Positions 42,810-52,718 are shown, counted from the stretch's first letter. The stretch is DNA of 64,000 nt from Aggregatilineales bacterium (GCA_029976025.1 JARKNX010000177.1:8897-72896); one strand, 5' to 3'. Translations and numbers: made by a program. The notes: a model not told the origin generated them from the sequence alone.

Positions 42810-44093
42810 ATGACAGGACGACGTCTAATCGTAACAGGTGTGCTGGTTGTGCTGGCGCTGACGGCCATCGTAACCGTCCGGCACGCTCAGGCGCAGGCAG
42901 GCAGCTCGCCCTTCACTGTTGAAGGGACAACCTTCGAATCGAACTATCCGCGCGGCATGACCTTCACCATCACCGCAGACAGCAACGCCGGTGATATCAC
43001 CCGGGCCACGCTTTTCTACCGGTTCCGCTCCGGCCTGCGCGAGCGTGAAAATGCCGCGCTGGACCCGGAAACGGGCGCCTGGGTCGCCCGCCCCTACAGC
43101 CTGCGCGGCGGGCTGCCCCCCTGGGTGGACTTCAACTACTGGTGGGGTCTGACCGATGCGGCGGGCAACACGTTCGAGACCGAGCCGCAGTATGCCGTCT
43201 ACGAAGATAAGACGCGCGACTGGTGGCATGTCGATACGCCCGATCTCACCCTGTACTGGTTCGGCGACATGCCCGATCTCGGTGAGGCTACAGCGCAGGC
43301 GATGGCTGAGATGCGCCCATTTTTCGAAGAAGGCTGGGGCCGCACCCTGAGCTACAAGCCGCTGGCTATCCTGTTCCCGCCGGGCAACATATGGGATGAG
43401 TATGTGGAAGGTGGCAACAACCCGAACTCCGCCGGCTTCACCAGCCCGTCGGAGGGCTTCACCATCCAGCGCATCCCCTCCCTGCGCGATCCGGTGGTGC
43501 ATGAGGAGCGGCGGGATATGTGCGGCGGCTACTGGTACGGCGAGCGCGAAAACACGCCGGAAGAGTGGCGTCTGCAGGACATGGTGCACACTGTAGTCCA
43601 TGAGATCACCCATCTGTACCAGTCTGACTTCCGTGAGAGCGGGCCAATCTACTGGACTGAGGGTCAGGCCGATTACTTCGCCGCCATGTCTGGCTGGCAA
43701 AATCGCTATGCCGAAGGGCGCATGCGGGCTTATGGCGCAGCGGGCTACGACCTGTCCACGCTGCAGGGCGGCACATTCGCCGGCGGCAGCACCAACGCCG
43801 CAGACGGCTGCCGGGCGATCGGCTACGCGGTTGGCGAGACGTTCATCCGCTTCATCACCGACAATTTCGGCGGGCTGGCCACGCACCGTGCCATCCTGGA
43901 AGCGATGCCGGGCCGGGGTCTGGAAGGCGCGATCGAAGCCGTCACCGGTATGCCGTTCGTGGATGTGGAGAATGCCTACCGCGCCCATTACGGCATCGCG
44001 ACGGTAGAGCCTCTGCCCACGGCGACGCCGTTCGTCATCCCCACCGCGCCGGTTTTCACCTTCCCCACCGCGGTCCCGAGCACCGGGTCGTGA
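42810..44093 (+). CDS. Secreted HExxH zinc-metallopeptidase-like protein
   Basis: ATG at 42810 follows AAGGGAG. Signal/TM LIVTGVLVVLALTAIVTV. Motif VVHEITHLYQ. No family recognised beyond the motif. Confidence 0.6.
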   Translation: MTGRRLIVTGVLVVLALTAIVTVRHAQAQAGSSPFTVEGTTFESNYPRGMTFTITADSNAGDITRATLFYRFRSGLRERENAALDPETGAWVARPYSLRGGLPPWVDFNYWWGLTDAAGNTFETEPQYAVYEDKTRDWWHVDTPDLTLYWFGDMPDLGEATAQAMAEMRPFFEEGWGRTLSYKPLAILFPPGNIWDEYVEGGNNPNSAGFTSPSEGFTIQRIPSLRDPVVHEERRDMCGGYWYGERENTPEEWRLQDMVHTVVHEITHLYQSDFRESGPIYWTEGQADYFAAMSGWQNRYAEGRMRAYGAAGYDLSTLQGGTFAGGSTNAADGCRAIGYAVGETFIRFITDNFGGLATHRAILEAMPGRGLEGAIEAVTGMPFVDVENAYRAHYGIATVEPLPTATPFVIPTAPVFTFPTAVPSTGS

Positions 44094-44105
44094 GGCATTC
44101 CAGCA

Positions 44106-44137
44106 CAGGGGCGCTCGATAGTCGCTGAGCGCCCCTG
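44106..44137. terminator. Bidirectional hairpin between convergent genes
   Basis: CAGGGGCGCTC-gatagtcgct-GAGCGCCCCTG (11-bp stem), between the stop at 44093 (+) and the stop at 44174 (-). Confidence 0.5.
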
Positions 44138-44173
44138 AACTATTCCTGCAGCAAAGCCGGCTAAATCGTCCCG

Positions 44174-44458
44174 CTACGCGATCGGCTCGATGCGCGCCTC
44201 GACAAATTCCGGCTTGAACTTGAGTCTGTCGCTGCCGTCGCCCATCGGCTCATCGTGGTCTCGCTCCACCAGCGTGACCATCACGCCGCGGTTAGGCAGG
44301 CGGTAGCGCGTCAGAATTTCGCCCCCCACGCCCACCCGCAGCATCTGTACTACGACCTCGTTATCCAGCCGTCGGGTGTAACCGCGCGCCCGGTTGATCT
44401 TCATCTTGATCAGTTTGTCAGCCAGTTCCTGCATCTCTTGCCCGGTCATTTTCGCCAT
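44174..44458 (-). CDS. Hypothetical protein (94 aa)
   Basis: Clean ORF with a convergent terminator hairpin downstream. No motif recognised. Confidence 0.5.
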   Translation of the reverse strand: MAKMTGQEMQELADKLIKMKINRARGYTRRLDNEVVVQMLRVGVGGEILTRYRLPNRGVMVTLVERDHDEPMGDGSDRLKFKPEFVEARIEPIA

Positions 44459-44546
44459 GCGCTCGCCCGCCCTCTCACAAAAAGACCCCTTTCAGGAAAA
44501 CACGTTAGAATTGTAACATGCGTCGCCGGTCAGGGGGAGTGTTGCC

Positions 44547-45761
44547 TTGCTATCGCATCCCAGCGCTTACACCGTCTCCAGTATCACCGAATATATCCGC
44601 CATTTATTTGAAGCCGACCTGCGGATGCAGGATGCCTGGGTGCAGGGTGAAATCAGCAATTTCACCCGCCACAGCTCAGGCCACTGGTACTTCACCCTCA
44701 AGGACGAAAAGGCCGCCCTGCGCTGTGTGATGTGGAAGGGCAAAGCCAGCCTGCTGCGCTATATCCCCCGGGAAGGCGACGTTATTCTGGTGCATGGCGA
44801 GATCAGCGTCTACGAAGTCAGCGGTCAGTACCAGCTCTACGTGGACAAGCTCCAGCCGGCGGGCGGTCAGGGTGAGCTATACGTCCGCTTCGAGCAGCTC
44901 AAAGCCATCCTGGGCGCGGAAGGGCTGTTCGACGCCGAACGGAAGCGCCCGCTGCCGGCGTTCCCGCGCCGCATCGGCGTGGTGACTTCGCCCACCGCCG
45001 CCGCCTTTCAGGACGTGCTGAACGTGCTCCGCCGCCGCTTTCCGCTGGCGGAGGTGATCCTCAGTCCGACGCTGGTCCAGGGGGACGATGCGCCGCCGCA
45101 GATTGTGGCGGCACTGGACCGGATCAACGCAGAGGGCGTGGATGTCATCCTGCTGGTGCGCGGCGGAGGCAGCATAGAAGACCTGTGGGCGTTTAACGAC
45201 GAAGCCGTCGCCCGCGCCGTCGCCCGCAGCCGCGCTCCGGTTGTCAGCGGCATCGGGCACGAGGTGGACTTCACGATTGCCGACTATGTGGCCGACCGGC
45301 GCGCTCCCACGCCCTCCGCCGCCGCCGAAATCGCCACGCCGGATATTGCGGATTTGCAAGCTGCGGTGGGGGGCCTCCAGGAGCGGCTGCTGGCCGGCGT
45401 GCAGGAGCAGTTTGCCGAGCGCCGCCGCCAGGCTGACTACGAGGCGCGTCTGCTGCGCGGCCTTTCCCCCGCCCGCCGTCTGGACACCACCCGCCAGAGT
45501 CTGGATGAGCTGGTTATACGCCTGGATCGCGCGTTGAGCCAGATCGTCGATCGGGGTCGGGAGCGCCTGACCGCGCAGCGCAGGGCGCTGGCCGCCGCCG
45601 ATCCGCGCGCTATCATGGCCCGGGGATACGCCATTGTCGAGCGCAAGGCCGATGGCGCCCGCCTGCGAGAAGCCGCCAGCGCCGCGCCGGGCGAAGCGCT
45701 GAGTGTGCACTTCAGCCGGGGCCGCCTGCACGTCATTGTGGATGAGATTTATGAGGAGTAA
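44547..45761 (+). CDS. xseA: Exodeoxyribonuclease VII large subunit
   Basis: TTG start after GGGGAG. OB-fold N-terminus SVSSITEYIRHLFE...WVQGEISNFTRHSSGHWYFTLKD. Followed by xseB 3 nt downstream. Confidence 0.9.
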   Translation: MLSHPSAYTVSSITEYIRHLFEADLRMQDAWVQGEISNFTRHSSGHWYFTLKDEKAALRCVMWKGKASLLRYIPREGDVILVHGEISVYEVSGQYQLYVDKLQPAGGQGELYVRFEQLKAILGAEGLFDAERKRPLPAFPRRIGVVTSPTAAAFQDVLNVLRRRFPLAEVILSPTLVQGDDAPPQIVAALDRINAEGVDVILLVRGGGSIEDLWAFNDEAVARAVARSRAPVVSGIGHEVDFTIADYVADRRAPTPSAAAEIATPDIADLQAAVGGLQERLLAGVQEQFAERRRQADYEARLLRGLSPARRLDTTRQSLDELVIRLDRALSQIVDRGRERLTAQRRALAAADPRAIMARGYAIVERKADGARLREAASAAPGEALSVHFSRGRLHVIVDEIYEE

Positions 45762-45764
45762 CTG

Positions 45765-45959
45765 ATGGCCAAATCGGAAGGGCCGACATTTGAGGCAGCG
45801 CTGTCCCGCCTGCAGGAAATTGTCAACCGGCTGGAAGAAGGCGATCTGACGCTGGAAGAATCCGTCGCGTTGTTTGAGGAGGGCCAGCGTCTGGCCGATC
45901 GCTGTCAGAATCTGCTGGATCAGGCCGAGTTGCGAGTGCGCCAGATCAGCGAGACGTGA
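45765..45959 (+). CDS. xseB: Exodeoxyribonuclease VII small subunit
   Basis: FEAALSRLQEIVNRLEEGDLTLEESVALFEEGQRL is the canonical XseB helix pair. 64 aa. Confidence 0.9.
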   Translation: MAKSEGPTFEAALSRLQEIVNRLEEGDLTLEESVALFEEGQRLADRCQNLLDQAELRVRQISET

Positions 45960-46020
45960 TCAAGCCCGGCGTGTCACACTTCTCGATCCCGGAGGTATGC
46001 CCGATAGGCGAGCGACGCCT

Positions 46021-46734
46021 TCAGCCCTCGATAAATGGGGCATCCGGCCCGAGGATGGCCGGCAGGAAGGCGCCCCCGGAATAAGCCTCCAGCAGCGCCA
46101 GCAGGTCATCGAGCGCGGCGCGTACATCCGCTTCCGCTTCCGCGTGGTGCCCCTCGACGGTGATGATCGCCTCAGTCGTGTCATCACGGGCGGCGCTCTG
46201 AGCGCTCTGCCGCCAGCACCAGCGCCGCGCGCTGACCAGCCCCGCTTCATCCACGAAGATCACTTCCCCCGGCTGCGGATGCCTGACTTCATCTGAGCCT
46301 AACTCGGTGAAGCGCTCCCCTCCGGCAGCCAGCCGGACAGTGACCGCGCCGGTGATCTGCCGCGCGTCGAATACAGCCACCGGCAGGGCATAGCGGATGC
46401 TGACCAGATTGCCCAGGTCCACCAGGGCGTTCAGGCCGGGGATATCGCCCTTCTTGGTCAGGCGGCGCAGCAAGGCTTCCGCCGCGCTGCGATGCTGGGT
46501 CGGCTCCGCGCCAAAATCGCGGAAGGCCCGCCGCCATGCCGCCAGACTGGGGACCTCCGCCAGCGGCGTATCGCCCAGCCGGGCCAGCGCCGCCGCCTGC
46601 TCCGCGCGGAAGGCCTCTTCCAGCGCGAGCGGCGCCGGCCCGTTGCGCAACCCGCGGGCCAGGATCACCCCGCCCCGGACAGTCGGGAACTTCGCCAGCA
46701 GAAGCGGGTCGTAGCCAAAGCGCAGCAAAGCCAC
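46021..46734 (-). CDS. Stand-alone B3/B4 tRNA-binding-domain protein (PheT-beta related)
   Basis: LLRRLTKKGDIPGLNALVDLGNLVSIRYALPVAVFD matches the B3_4 domain pattern. GTG start after GGAGGG. Confidence 0.65.
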   Translation of the reverse strand: MALLRFGYDPLLLAKFPTVRGGVILARGLRNGPAPLALEEAFRAEQAAALARLGDTPLAEVPSLAAWRRAFRDFGAEPTQHRSAAEALLRRLTKKGDIPGLNALVDLGNLVSIRYALPVAVFDARQITGAVTVRLAAGGERFTELGSDEVRHPQPGEVIFVDEAGLVSARRWCWRQSAQSAARDDTTEAIITVEGHHAEAEADVRAALDDLLALLEAYSGGAFLPAILGPDAPFIEG

Positions 46735-46788
46735 AGGAACAGCCCTCCGATTGTCAATTGTACGTCGGGCATCCCGACGCCCGTTGAA

Positions 46789-46821
46789 TATCCCAAATTA
46801 TCCCAAAATTTACTTGGGATA
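46789..46821. repeat. TATCCCAAA direct repeat x2 plus inverted TTGGGATA
   Basis: TATCCCAAA at 46789-46797 and 46799-46807; TTGGGATA at 46814-46821. AT-rich island 12 nt downstream of the murJ stop and upstream of the B3/4 gene. The adjacent hairpin GTCGGG-cat-CCCGAC is at 46764-46778. Confidence 0.6.
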
Positions 46822-46832
46822 ACCGTCCTGCA

Positions 46833-48470
46833 TCACGACCGCCGCAGCCGGCGGAACAACGCCCGCGGGACTGCCGCCGCTTCCTCCAGGCCGAGCGCCA
46901 CAGCCAGGCCGCCATAGACAGCCAGGCCCACCGCCGAGCTGGCGAACAGGGCGGCCAGGGGCGGCGCCCCGGCCAGGGCGATTTGAGCAACCCGGACGGC
47001 CGCGCCCATCGCCGCCGCCGCCAGCAACGCCCGCCAGGTCAGCGCCCAGACGCGCGCCCCGCCGATGCCGCCGATTCGCCGCCGCAACAGCAGCCAGAGC
47101 ACGATCGCTTCCACCCAGGTGGACAGGCTCATCGCCAGAGCCAGCCCGGCGAACGATCCATTGGCGAGGCTATCCGGCTGGCCGATGACGTGCATCAGCA
47201 GCACGGCCAGGGCGAAGTTGAGGATCATCGTCGCCACGCCGACGATGACCGGCGTCCGGGTGTCGTGCAGCGCGTAAAACGAACGGGCCAGAATCTCCAG
47301 CAGCGCGTGCCCGACCAGGCCGAGGGCGAAATACTGCAGCGCCAGACTCGTGCCCGCCGTCGCCTCTGCCGTCCACCGCCCGCGCTCGAACAGCCCCGCC
47401 ACCAGCGGCAACGCCAGAATAATCAGGCCGATTGTGGCCGGGATCGCCAGGAACAGCACCCCGCGCACGGCTGTGCTCAGCGTGCGCCGGTAGCCGGGCC
47501 AGTCTGTCTGCGCCGCCAGCGTGGAAAGCGAAGGGAAGACGGCCGTGCCCAGGCCCCGCCCGATCACCCCCAGCACGAAGAACATGAGGGCGAAGGCTGT
47601 GTTGACCGCCGTCTGTGCGCCATCAACCATGAATGAAGTGAGGGCCGTGATCAGGATGAAATTGACCTGGACAACTGCCTGCCCGAAGATGCGGGGTATC
47701 ATCAGCCGGAACACTTCCAGCACGCCGGGCGTGCGGATGCGCAGGGAAGGGAACCACTGCGCCCCGATCTGGCGCAGCCCGGGCGCCTGAATGCCCAGGT
47801 GCAGCAACGCTCCCAGCACCGTCCCCCAGGCCAGGCCGTAAATGCCCATGATCGGCGCCAGGAATACAGCCCCCGCGATGATGCCGATGTTGTAGAGGCT
47901 CATGGCAAAAGCCGGGCGCCAGAAATGCTGGTGCGCGTTAAGGATGCCCATCAACAGGCCGCTCAGGCTGAAGATCACGACCGTGCTGAGCATGATCCGC
48001 AGCAAATCCACCGTCAAAGCCTGATCTGCCAGCGGGTCGCCGGGTCGCAGCAGGGTCGCCACTACCACCGGCGCAGCGACGTACATCGCCGCAGCCAGCA
48101 CAATCGAGATTGCGGCCAGCAGGGCGGCGATGGCGCCGGCCAACCGCCAGGCGCCCTCCCGGTCGGAGCGCACCAGAAACGCCGCGAATACCGGAATGAA
48201 GGCCGACCCAAGCGCCCCGCCGGCGATCAGGTTGAACAACAGCTCCGGGATGCGCGTCGCTGCGTTGAACGAATCAAGCTCGGCCCCGGCCCCGTAGATC
48301 ATGCCGATCACGACCAGCCGGACCAGCCCCAGCACTCCGCTGGCGACAAAGGCGATCATGACGACCAGAGCGGCCCGCGCCAGCCGCTCGTTGGAGAGCG
48401 CAGCCGATGCCCCGCGGCCCTCAGAAGTCGCCAAGGTATCCGCACCGGTTTGCCGCCTGGAGTCAGTCAT
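46833..48470 (-). CDS. murJ: Lipid II flippase MurJ (MviN family)
   Basis: 545 aa, about 14 TM helices, with the N-terminal pattern I recall for MurJ/MviN proteins (SGVLGLVRLVVIGMIYGAGAELDSFNAATRIPELLFNLIAGGALGSAFIPVF). Confidence 0.85.
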   Translation of the reverse strand: MTDSRRQTGADTLATSEGRGASAALSNERLARAALVVMIAFVASGVLGLVRLVVIGMIYGAGAELDSFNAATRIPELLFNLIAGGALGSAFIPVFAAFLVRSDREGAWRLAGAIAALLAAISIVLAAAMYVAAPVVVATLLRPGDPLADQALTVDLLRIMLSTVVIFSLSGLLMGILNAHQHFWRPAFAMSLYNIGIIAGAVFLAPIMGIYGLAWGTVLGALLHLGIQAPGLRQIGAQWFPSLRIRTPGVLEVFRLMIPRIFGQAVVQVNFILITALTSFMVDGAQTAVNTAFALMFFVLGVIGRGLGTAVFPSLSTLAAQTDWPGYRRTLSTAVRGVLFLAIPATIGLIILALPLVAGLFERGRWTAEATAGTSLALQYFALGLVGHALLEILARSFYALHDTRTPVIVGVATMILNFALAVLLMHVIGQPDSLANGSFAGLALAMSLSTWVEAIVLWLLLRRRIGGIGGARVWALTWRALLAAAAMGAAVRVAQIALAGAPPLAALFASSAVGLAVYGGLAVALGLEEAAAVPRALFRRLRRS

Positions 48471-48514
48471 GGTCCGCGCCTGAAGGAAAGGTCTGCAGAG
48501 ATACAGAGAACATG

Positions 48515-49438
48515 TCAGGACCTGAAGCGGGTATCGAGCGCCAGCGTCTGGCGCAGCCCCTCTTCAAGCTGGTAGCGCGGCTCCCAGCCCAGCAGCTCGC
48601 GGGCCAGCGTGATATCCGCGCGCAGCCGGGACGCGCCCGCCGATGTCCGGGATGTGAGCATCTGGGCGTGCTTGCCGGTGACTGATTCGATCAGGTGCAT
48701 CAATTCCAGCACGCTGGTTTCCACCCCGCTGCCGATATTGATGATCCGGCGGTCGATATTAGGGGCGGTGGAAGCGGCGATCAGGGCATCCATCACATCG
48801 GCGAGATACACGTAGTCGCGGGTGTTGTTGCCATCCCCGTGGATGATCACGCTGCCACCGGAGAGGATACGCTGGAAAAAGGAAGGCACCACCGGCGGGA
48901 AGGAAGCCCGCAGCGGCTGCGTCGGCCCATATGTGTTGAAGATACGCAGACAGACGGTCTCGATGCCCCACAGCTTCCCGATCGTGCGAACATAGTATTC
49001 CGCGGCCAGTTTGCTCACAGCGTAAGGCGATTGCGGCTCGGGAATCAGGTTCTCATGCACCGGCTGAATCTCCTGATCGCCGTAGACCGCGCCCGACGAC
49101 GTGAATACCACGCGCCTGACCCCGGCGTCGCGCATCGCCTCCAGCACGCTGACGGTCCCCCCTACGTTGATGGCATTGTACTCGCTGGGGTACTGAAGGC
49201 TCTCCGGCACATGCACGCGCGCCGCCAGATGGTAGACGCACTCTACGCCCTGCAGCAGCGTCCACAGGCCCGGCACATCGGTCACACTGCCGCGCGTGAA
49301 CGCGACGCCGGGCAGCAGACGCGACTCATCGCCGCCGCTGAGATCGTCCACCACGCGCACCTCATGCCCGGCCTCAACCAGCTGGTTAGCCAGCGCCGCG
49401 CCCAGAAATCCCGCCCCACCTGTGATCAAGTACCGCAT
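48515..49438 (-). CDS. NAD-dependent epimerase/dehydratase (SDR, UDP-sugar 4-epimerase-like)
   Basis: MRYLITGGAGFLGAALANQL. Catalytic YAVSKLAAE (YxxxK). Confidence 0.85.
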   Translation of the reverse strand: MRYLITGGAGFLGAALANQLVEAGHEVRVVDDLSGGDESRLLPGVAFTRGSVTDVPGLWTLLQGVECVYHLAARVHVPESLQYPSEYNAINVGGTVSVLEAMRDAGVRRVVFTSSGAVYGDQEIQPVHENLIPEPQSPYAVSKLAAEYYVRTIGKLWGIETVCLRIFNTYGPTQPLRASFPPVVPSFFQRILSGGSVIIHGDGNNTRDYVYLADVMDALIAASTAPNIDRRIINIGSGVETSVLELMHLIESVTGKHAQMLTSRTSAGASRLRADITLARELLGWEPRYQLEEGLRQTLALDTRFRS

Positions 49439-49549
49439 TTCACCATCCCTTCAGAGTTGCTGTCACCCCGCCCCGGTTACGCCCCCGCCCTCCGCCGTGA
49501 ACTCGCCGGGGCATGTTATAATGCAGGAGCGCCGCCCTGAGCAAGCCTT

Positions 49550-50446
49550 TTGACAGACAGGGTCGCACGGACGATCATGCCACGTTCCTCACCCAACTTG
49601 CAAGATACCCGGCCAGCCTTCGTAGCGATCTCCGATCGGCCTTACGGGCGGCTGGCGTCCGGGGCGATCGTCGCCGCTGCGGTGCTCGTGATTGCGCTCT
49701 GGCTGCTGGGGACGCCGGAGGGCATCCCCGGCAAGGCGGACGCCATCGGCTACGCCATCTGCCACCAGATTCCCGAGCGATCGTTTCACGTTCACGACAC
49801 CCCCCTGCCCCTGTGCGCCCGCTGCACCGGCACATATCTGGGCGTGATGGTCGGGCTGGGCATTCTGCTGGCGGCGGGCCGCGGCCGGGCCAGCCAGCTC
49901 CCTCCTGCGGCGGTGCTGGTCATCCTGGTGCTGTTCTTCATGCTGATGGGCCTCGACGGCGTCAACAGCTTCCTGCACCTGCTCCCCGGCTACAGCGGCC
50001 CCTACGAGCCGACTAACTGGCTGCGCCTGATCACCGGCTCCCTCGCCGGGCTGACCATGATCACCATCCTGCTGCCGGTATTCAGCGCCTCAACATGGGC
50101 CGCCCCGGAGTCGAAGCCGGTGCTCCGCCACGTGGGCGAGCTGGCGGGTATGCTGGCGATCATCGGGCTGGTGGACGCGCTGGTGCTCACCCGGGAACCG
50201 CTGCTGCTGACCTTTTTCGGCCTGCTCAGCGCCGCCGGCCCGGTCGTCATCCTGACCCTGGCCTGGGCCGTGCTCTTCCTCAACATGACCCGCCGCGAAG
50301 GCACGATTCGCCGCCCGCGCGATCTGATCCTGCCCCTGCTCGCCGGGCTGACTCTGGCCTTCGTGATGATCGGCCTGATCGACTTCCTGCGCCTCCAGCT
50401 CACGGGAACCTGGGCGGGGTTCAGCCTCAGCCAGTTTGGCTGGTAG
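49550..50446 (+). CDS. DUF2085-like polytopic membrane protein
   Basis: YAICHQIPERSFH...PLCARCTGTYLG signature followed by several TM helices. Start uncertain (TTG 49550 or ATG 49577). Confidence 0.6.
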   Translation: MTDRVARTIMPRSSPNLQDTRPAFVAISDRPYGRLASGAIVAAAVLVIALWLLGTPEGIPGKADAIGYAICHQIPERSFHVHDTPLPLCARCTGTYLGVMVGLGILLAAGRGRASQLPPAAVLVILVLFFMLMGLDGVNSFLHLLPGYSGPYEPTNWLRLITGSLAGLTMITILLPVFSASTWAAPESKPVLRHVGELAGMLAIIGLVDALVLTREPLLLTFFGLLSAAGPVVILTLAWAVLFLNMTRREGTIRRPRDLILPLLAGLTLAFVMIGLIDFLRLQLTGTWAGFSLSQFGW

Positions 50447-51086
50447 ACGCCGTCTGGACGGCCAGAAGCATCCCCCCTCGCAGCCGGACAACCGCCTCCG
50501 GCCCGCTGAAAGTATTGCTGATGCCGCGCGCCGGCCCAAATACCAGTGTTTCATCCCGCAGGGGGTACTCCAGCCCTTCTGTGGCAACGCCTGACACATC
50601 CCCTCCCAGCGGGATCAGCGACAGGGTGTCGCCGACAGCGCCATCCAGAACGTATTCGCCGGGGGGCATCACCCAGGCCGTCTGCTCCCCGGCAACCAGC
50701 CGCACATCTCGCTGCTGCAGGAACGGGAGCGTGAGCAGCAAGATATTAGCCAGGGTCTGGTCCAGCCGATCACCCATGGCGCCAACGATCCGCACCCACG
50801 ACGCGCCGCTCTCGGCGACAAAATGCAGCCCAAGCTCCAGATCAGTTTCGTCTTTGGCCGGGGGATAGCGGTGAATTGCCGCCCCCTGCGCCGCAAAACG
50901 CGCCAGGTCATCTTCGCTCAGCGAATCCATATCGCCGATCACGACCTGTGGGGTGAGGCCCAGCGCCAGCAGATGCCGCCCGCCGCCATCCACCGCGACG
51001 CACAGCGATTCCGGCATGAAGCGAAGTGCGGAGTCAACCGCCGTCCCGGGGTTCAGATCGCCATTTGCAAAAAGGATGGCCCGCAT
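50427..51086 (-). CDS. thiN: Thiamine pyrophosphokinase
   Basis: MRAILFANGDL...VVIGDMDSL...PPAKDETDLELGL motifs. ATG at 51086 follows AGGGAGAG. Confidence 0.75.
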   Translation of the reverse strand: MRAILFANGDLNPGTAVDSALRFMPESLCVAVDGGGRHLLALGLTPQVVIGDMDSLSEDDLARFAAQGAAIHRYPPAKDETDLELGLHFVAESGASWVRIVGAMGDRLDQTLANILLLTLPFLQQRDVRLVAGEQTAWVMPPGEYVLDGAVGDTLSLIPLGGDVSGVATEGLEYPLRDETLVFGPARGISNTFSGPEAVVRLRGGMLLAVQTASTSQTG

Positions 51087-51172
51087 GACTCTCCCTCGCC
51101 AGACAGAAATCGCGCCGCCCACTCAACCGGACGGCGCAGCGCCTCATGACAATGCAGCCGGGCAGCGGTGGC

Positions 51173-52243
51173 TCAACGCACCTTGCGCACCCAGCGATCT
51201 TTATACAGCACAATATCGGACAGGCTTTGCACTTCCAAAAAGTCCATGATCAGACGGTGGAAGTTGGCCGGGTCGGAAAGCATCGGGAAGTGCCCCACTT
51301 CTGGCACCACCTCGCAGCGGAAGCTGCTGTTGTTGTAGCCCAGAAAAGTCATCAGCTCCGCGCTGGGGGCCTTGAGGAAGCGATCATTCTCCCCGTGGAT
51401 CATCAGGGTCGGCGTGGCCAGCCGGCGGATATCGTGGGCCAGATCGATCCGGTCAAAGGACTGCATGCTGCTGGCGAAGGCTGTCGGCGCCGTCTTGGCC
51501 ACTTCAGCCACATACCGCTCGTACTCCGGCGTATCGCGATCAAGATGTTCCGCCAGCAGGTCCTGCGGCGTCTTATCCGCCAGCACCTTGCGCAGTGGAC
51601 CGGGCGTCACAGGGGTCTCCTTTGCCGCCGGCGCGCCGGGCAGGCCCAGATCAGATAGCCTGGGGATCGGGTCGCCGGGTTTGATCTCCGTTCCCGCCAG
51701 GGGGGCCATGCCGGGGCGCCGCAACACAGTCGCATCGCTGGCCGAAGCGGGCGGCGCGGCCTGCCCCTCGGCGATGCGCTTTTGCAGCTCCGCCGGGCGG
51801 GCCATGACCGTGGGCGGCGCAGGCACTGGCGGCGATGGTGGCGGCGTGTCAGGTACCGGGGCAGAAGCCTGCTCCGACTCGAAGACGGGCGGGCTGATAA
51901 CCATCAGCCGCGCCACCCGGGCCGGGCTGCGGAGCGCGTAGCGGATCATCACCGCCGCGCCGAGCGAATGCCCCACAAACGCCGCCTTGGGGATGCCCAG
52001 CCGGTCCATGAAGGTATTCAACAGCTCGATCTGAGCATCCAGGCCCAGCTTCTGCGGGTCCTTGCCCGAATCGCCGTAGCCCCACAGGTCCACGGCGTAT
52101 GTCCGATACTTCATGGAGAGCTGCTGCATTGAGGGGAGCCAGTACCGCCACGAATTCAGCCAGCCGTGCAGCAAAATAACCGGGCGGCCGCGGCCAAGCA
52201 CCTCATAATGGACCAGATCGTTGTCAATGGTTACAGCACTCAT
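51173..52243 (-). CDS. Alpha/beta hydrolase with ~100-aa Pro-rich insertion
   Basis: ILLHGWLNSWRYW, nucleophile elbow FVGHSLGAAV, C-terminal GHFPML. A Pro/Ala-rich segment (PVPDTPPPSPPVPAPPTV...) is inserted where the cap/lid normally sits. Confidence 0.75.
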   Translation of the reverse strand: MSAVTIDNDLVHYEVLGRGRPVILLHGWLNSWRYWLPSMQQLSMKYRTYAVDLWGYGDSGKDPQKLGLDAQIELLNTFMDRLGIPKAAFVGHSLGAAVMIRYALRSPARVARLMVISPPVFESEQASAPVPDTPPPSPPVPAPPTVMARPAELQKRIAEGQAAPPASASDATVLRRPGMAPLAGTEIKPGDPIPRLSDLGLPGAPAAKETPVTPGPLRKVLADKTPQDLLAEHLDRDTPEYERYVAEVAKTAPTAFASSMQSFDRIDLAHDIRRLATPTLMIHGENDRFLKAPSAELMTFLGYNNSSFRCEVVPEVGHFPMLSDPANFHRLIMDFLEVQSLSDIVLYKDRWVRKVR

Positions 52244-52274
52244 ACCTGCCCTTTACCCGACTCCGATAAACCTG

Positions 52275-52652
52275 TCAGCTCAGCTCAAGCCCTCTGAGAA
52301 TCTCCGCCACGCGGCGCGTGAGTTCATCCGGCGCGAACGGCTTGAGGATATAGGCCATGGCGCCGGCTTCAAGGCCAGCCTGCATCTCTACATCCTGCCC
52401 CTTGGCCGAAAGAAACACCACCGGGATTTCCTTGACCCCATCCATCTGCTTGAGCACCCGGCAGGCTTCGTAGCCGGTCATCTTCGGCATACGCACGTCC
52501 ATCAGAATCAGGTCCGGCATCACCGTCGGAGCCATCTCTACGGCCTCAGCGCCGTTAGATGCTTTGTGCACCTCATGCCCGGCATACTTGAGCGTGAACT
52601 CCACCAGGTCCCGGATATCACGCTCGTCTTCAGCGATCAGGATTCTCGCCAT
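52275..52652 (-). CDS. Single-domain response regulator (CheY-like receiver)
   Basis: ARILIAEDE...LILMDVRMPKMTG...LSAKG...ILKPF. ATG at 52652 follows GGTGGAG. Confidence 0.85.
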   Translation of the reverse strand: MARILIAEDERDIRDLVEFTLKYAGHEVHKASNGAEAVEMAPTVMPDLILMDVRMPKMTGYEACRVLKQMDGVKEIPVVFLSAKGQDVEMQAGLEAGAMAYILKPFAPDELTRRVAEILRGLELS

Positions 52653-52718
52653 GCTCACTCCACCTTACCTATAGATTCAGCGGCAGGCCGGCTTCCGGAA
52701 GGCTTCAACGCCGCCCGG

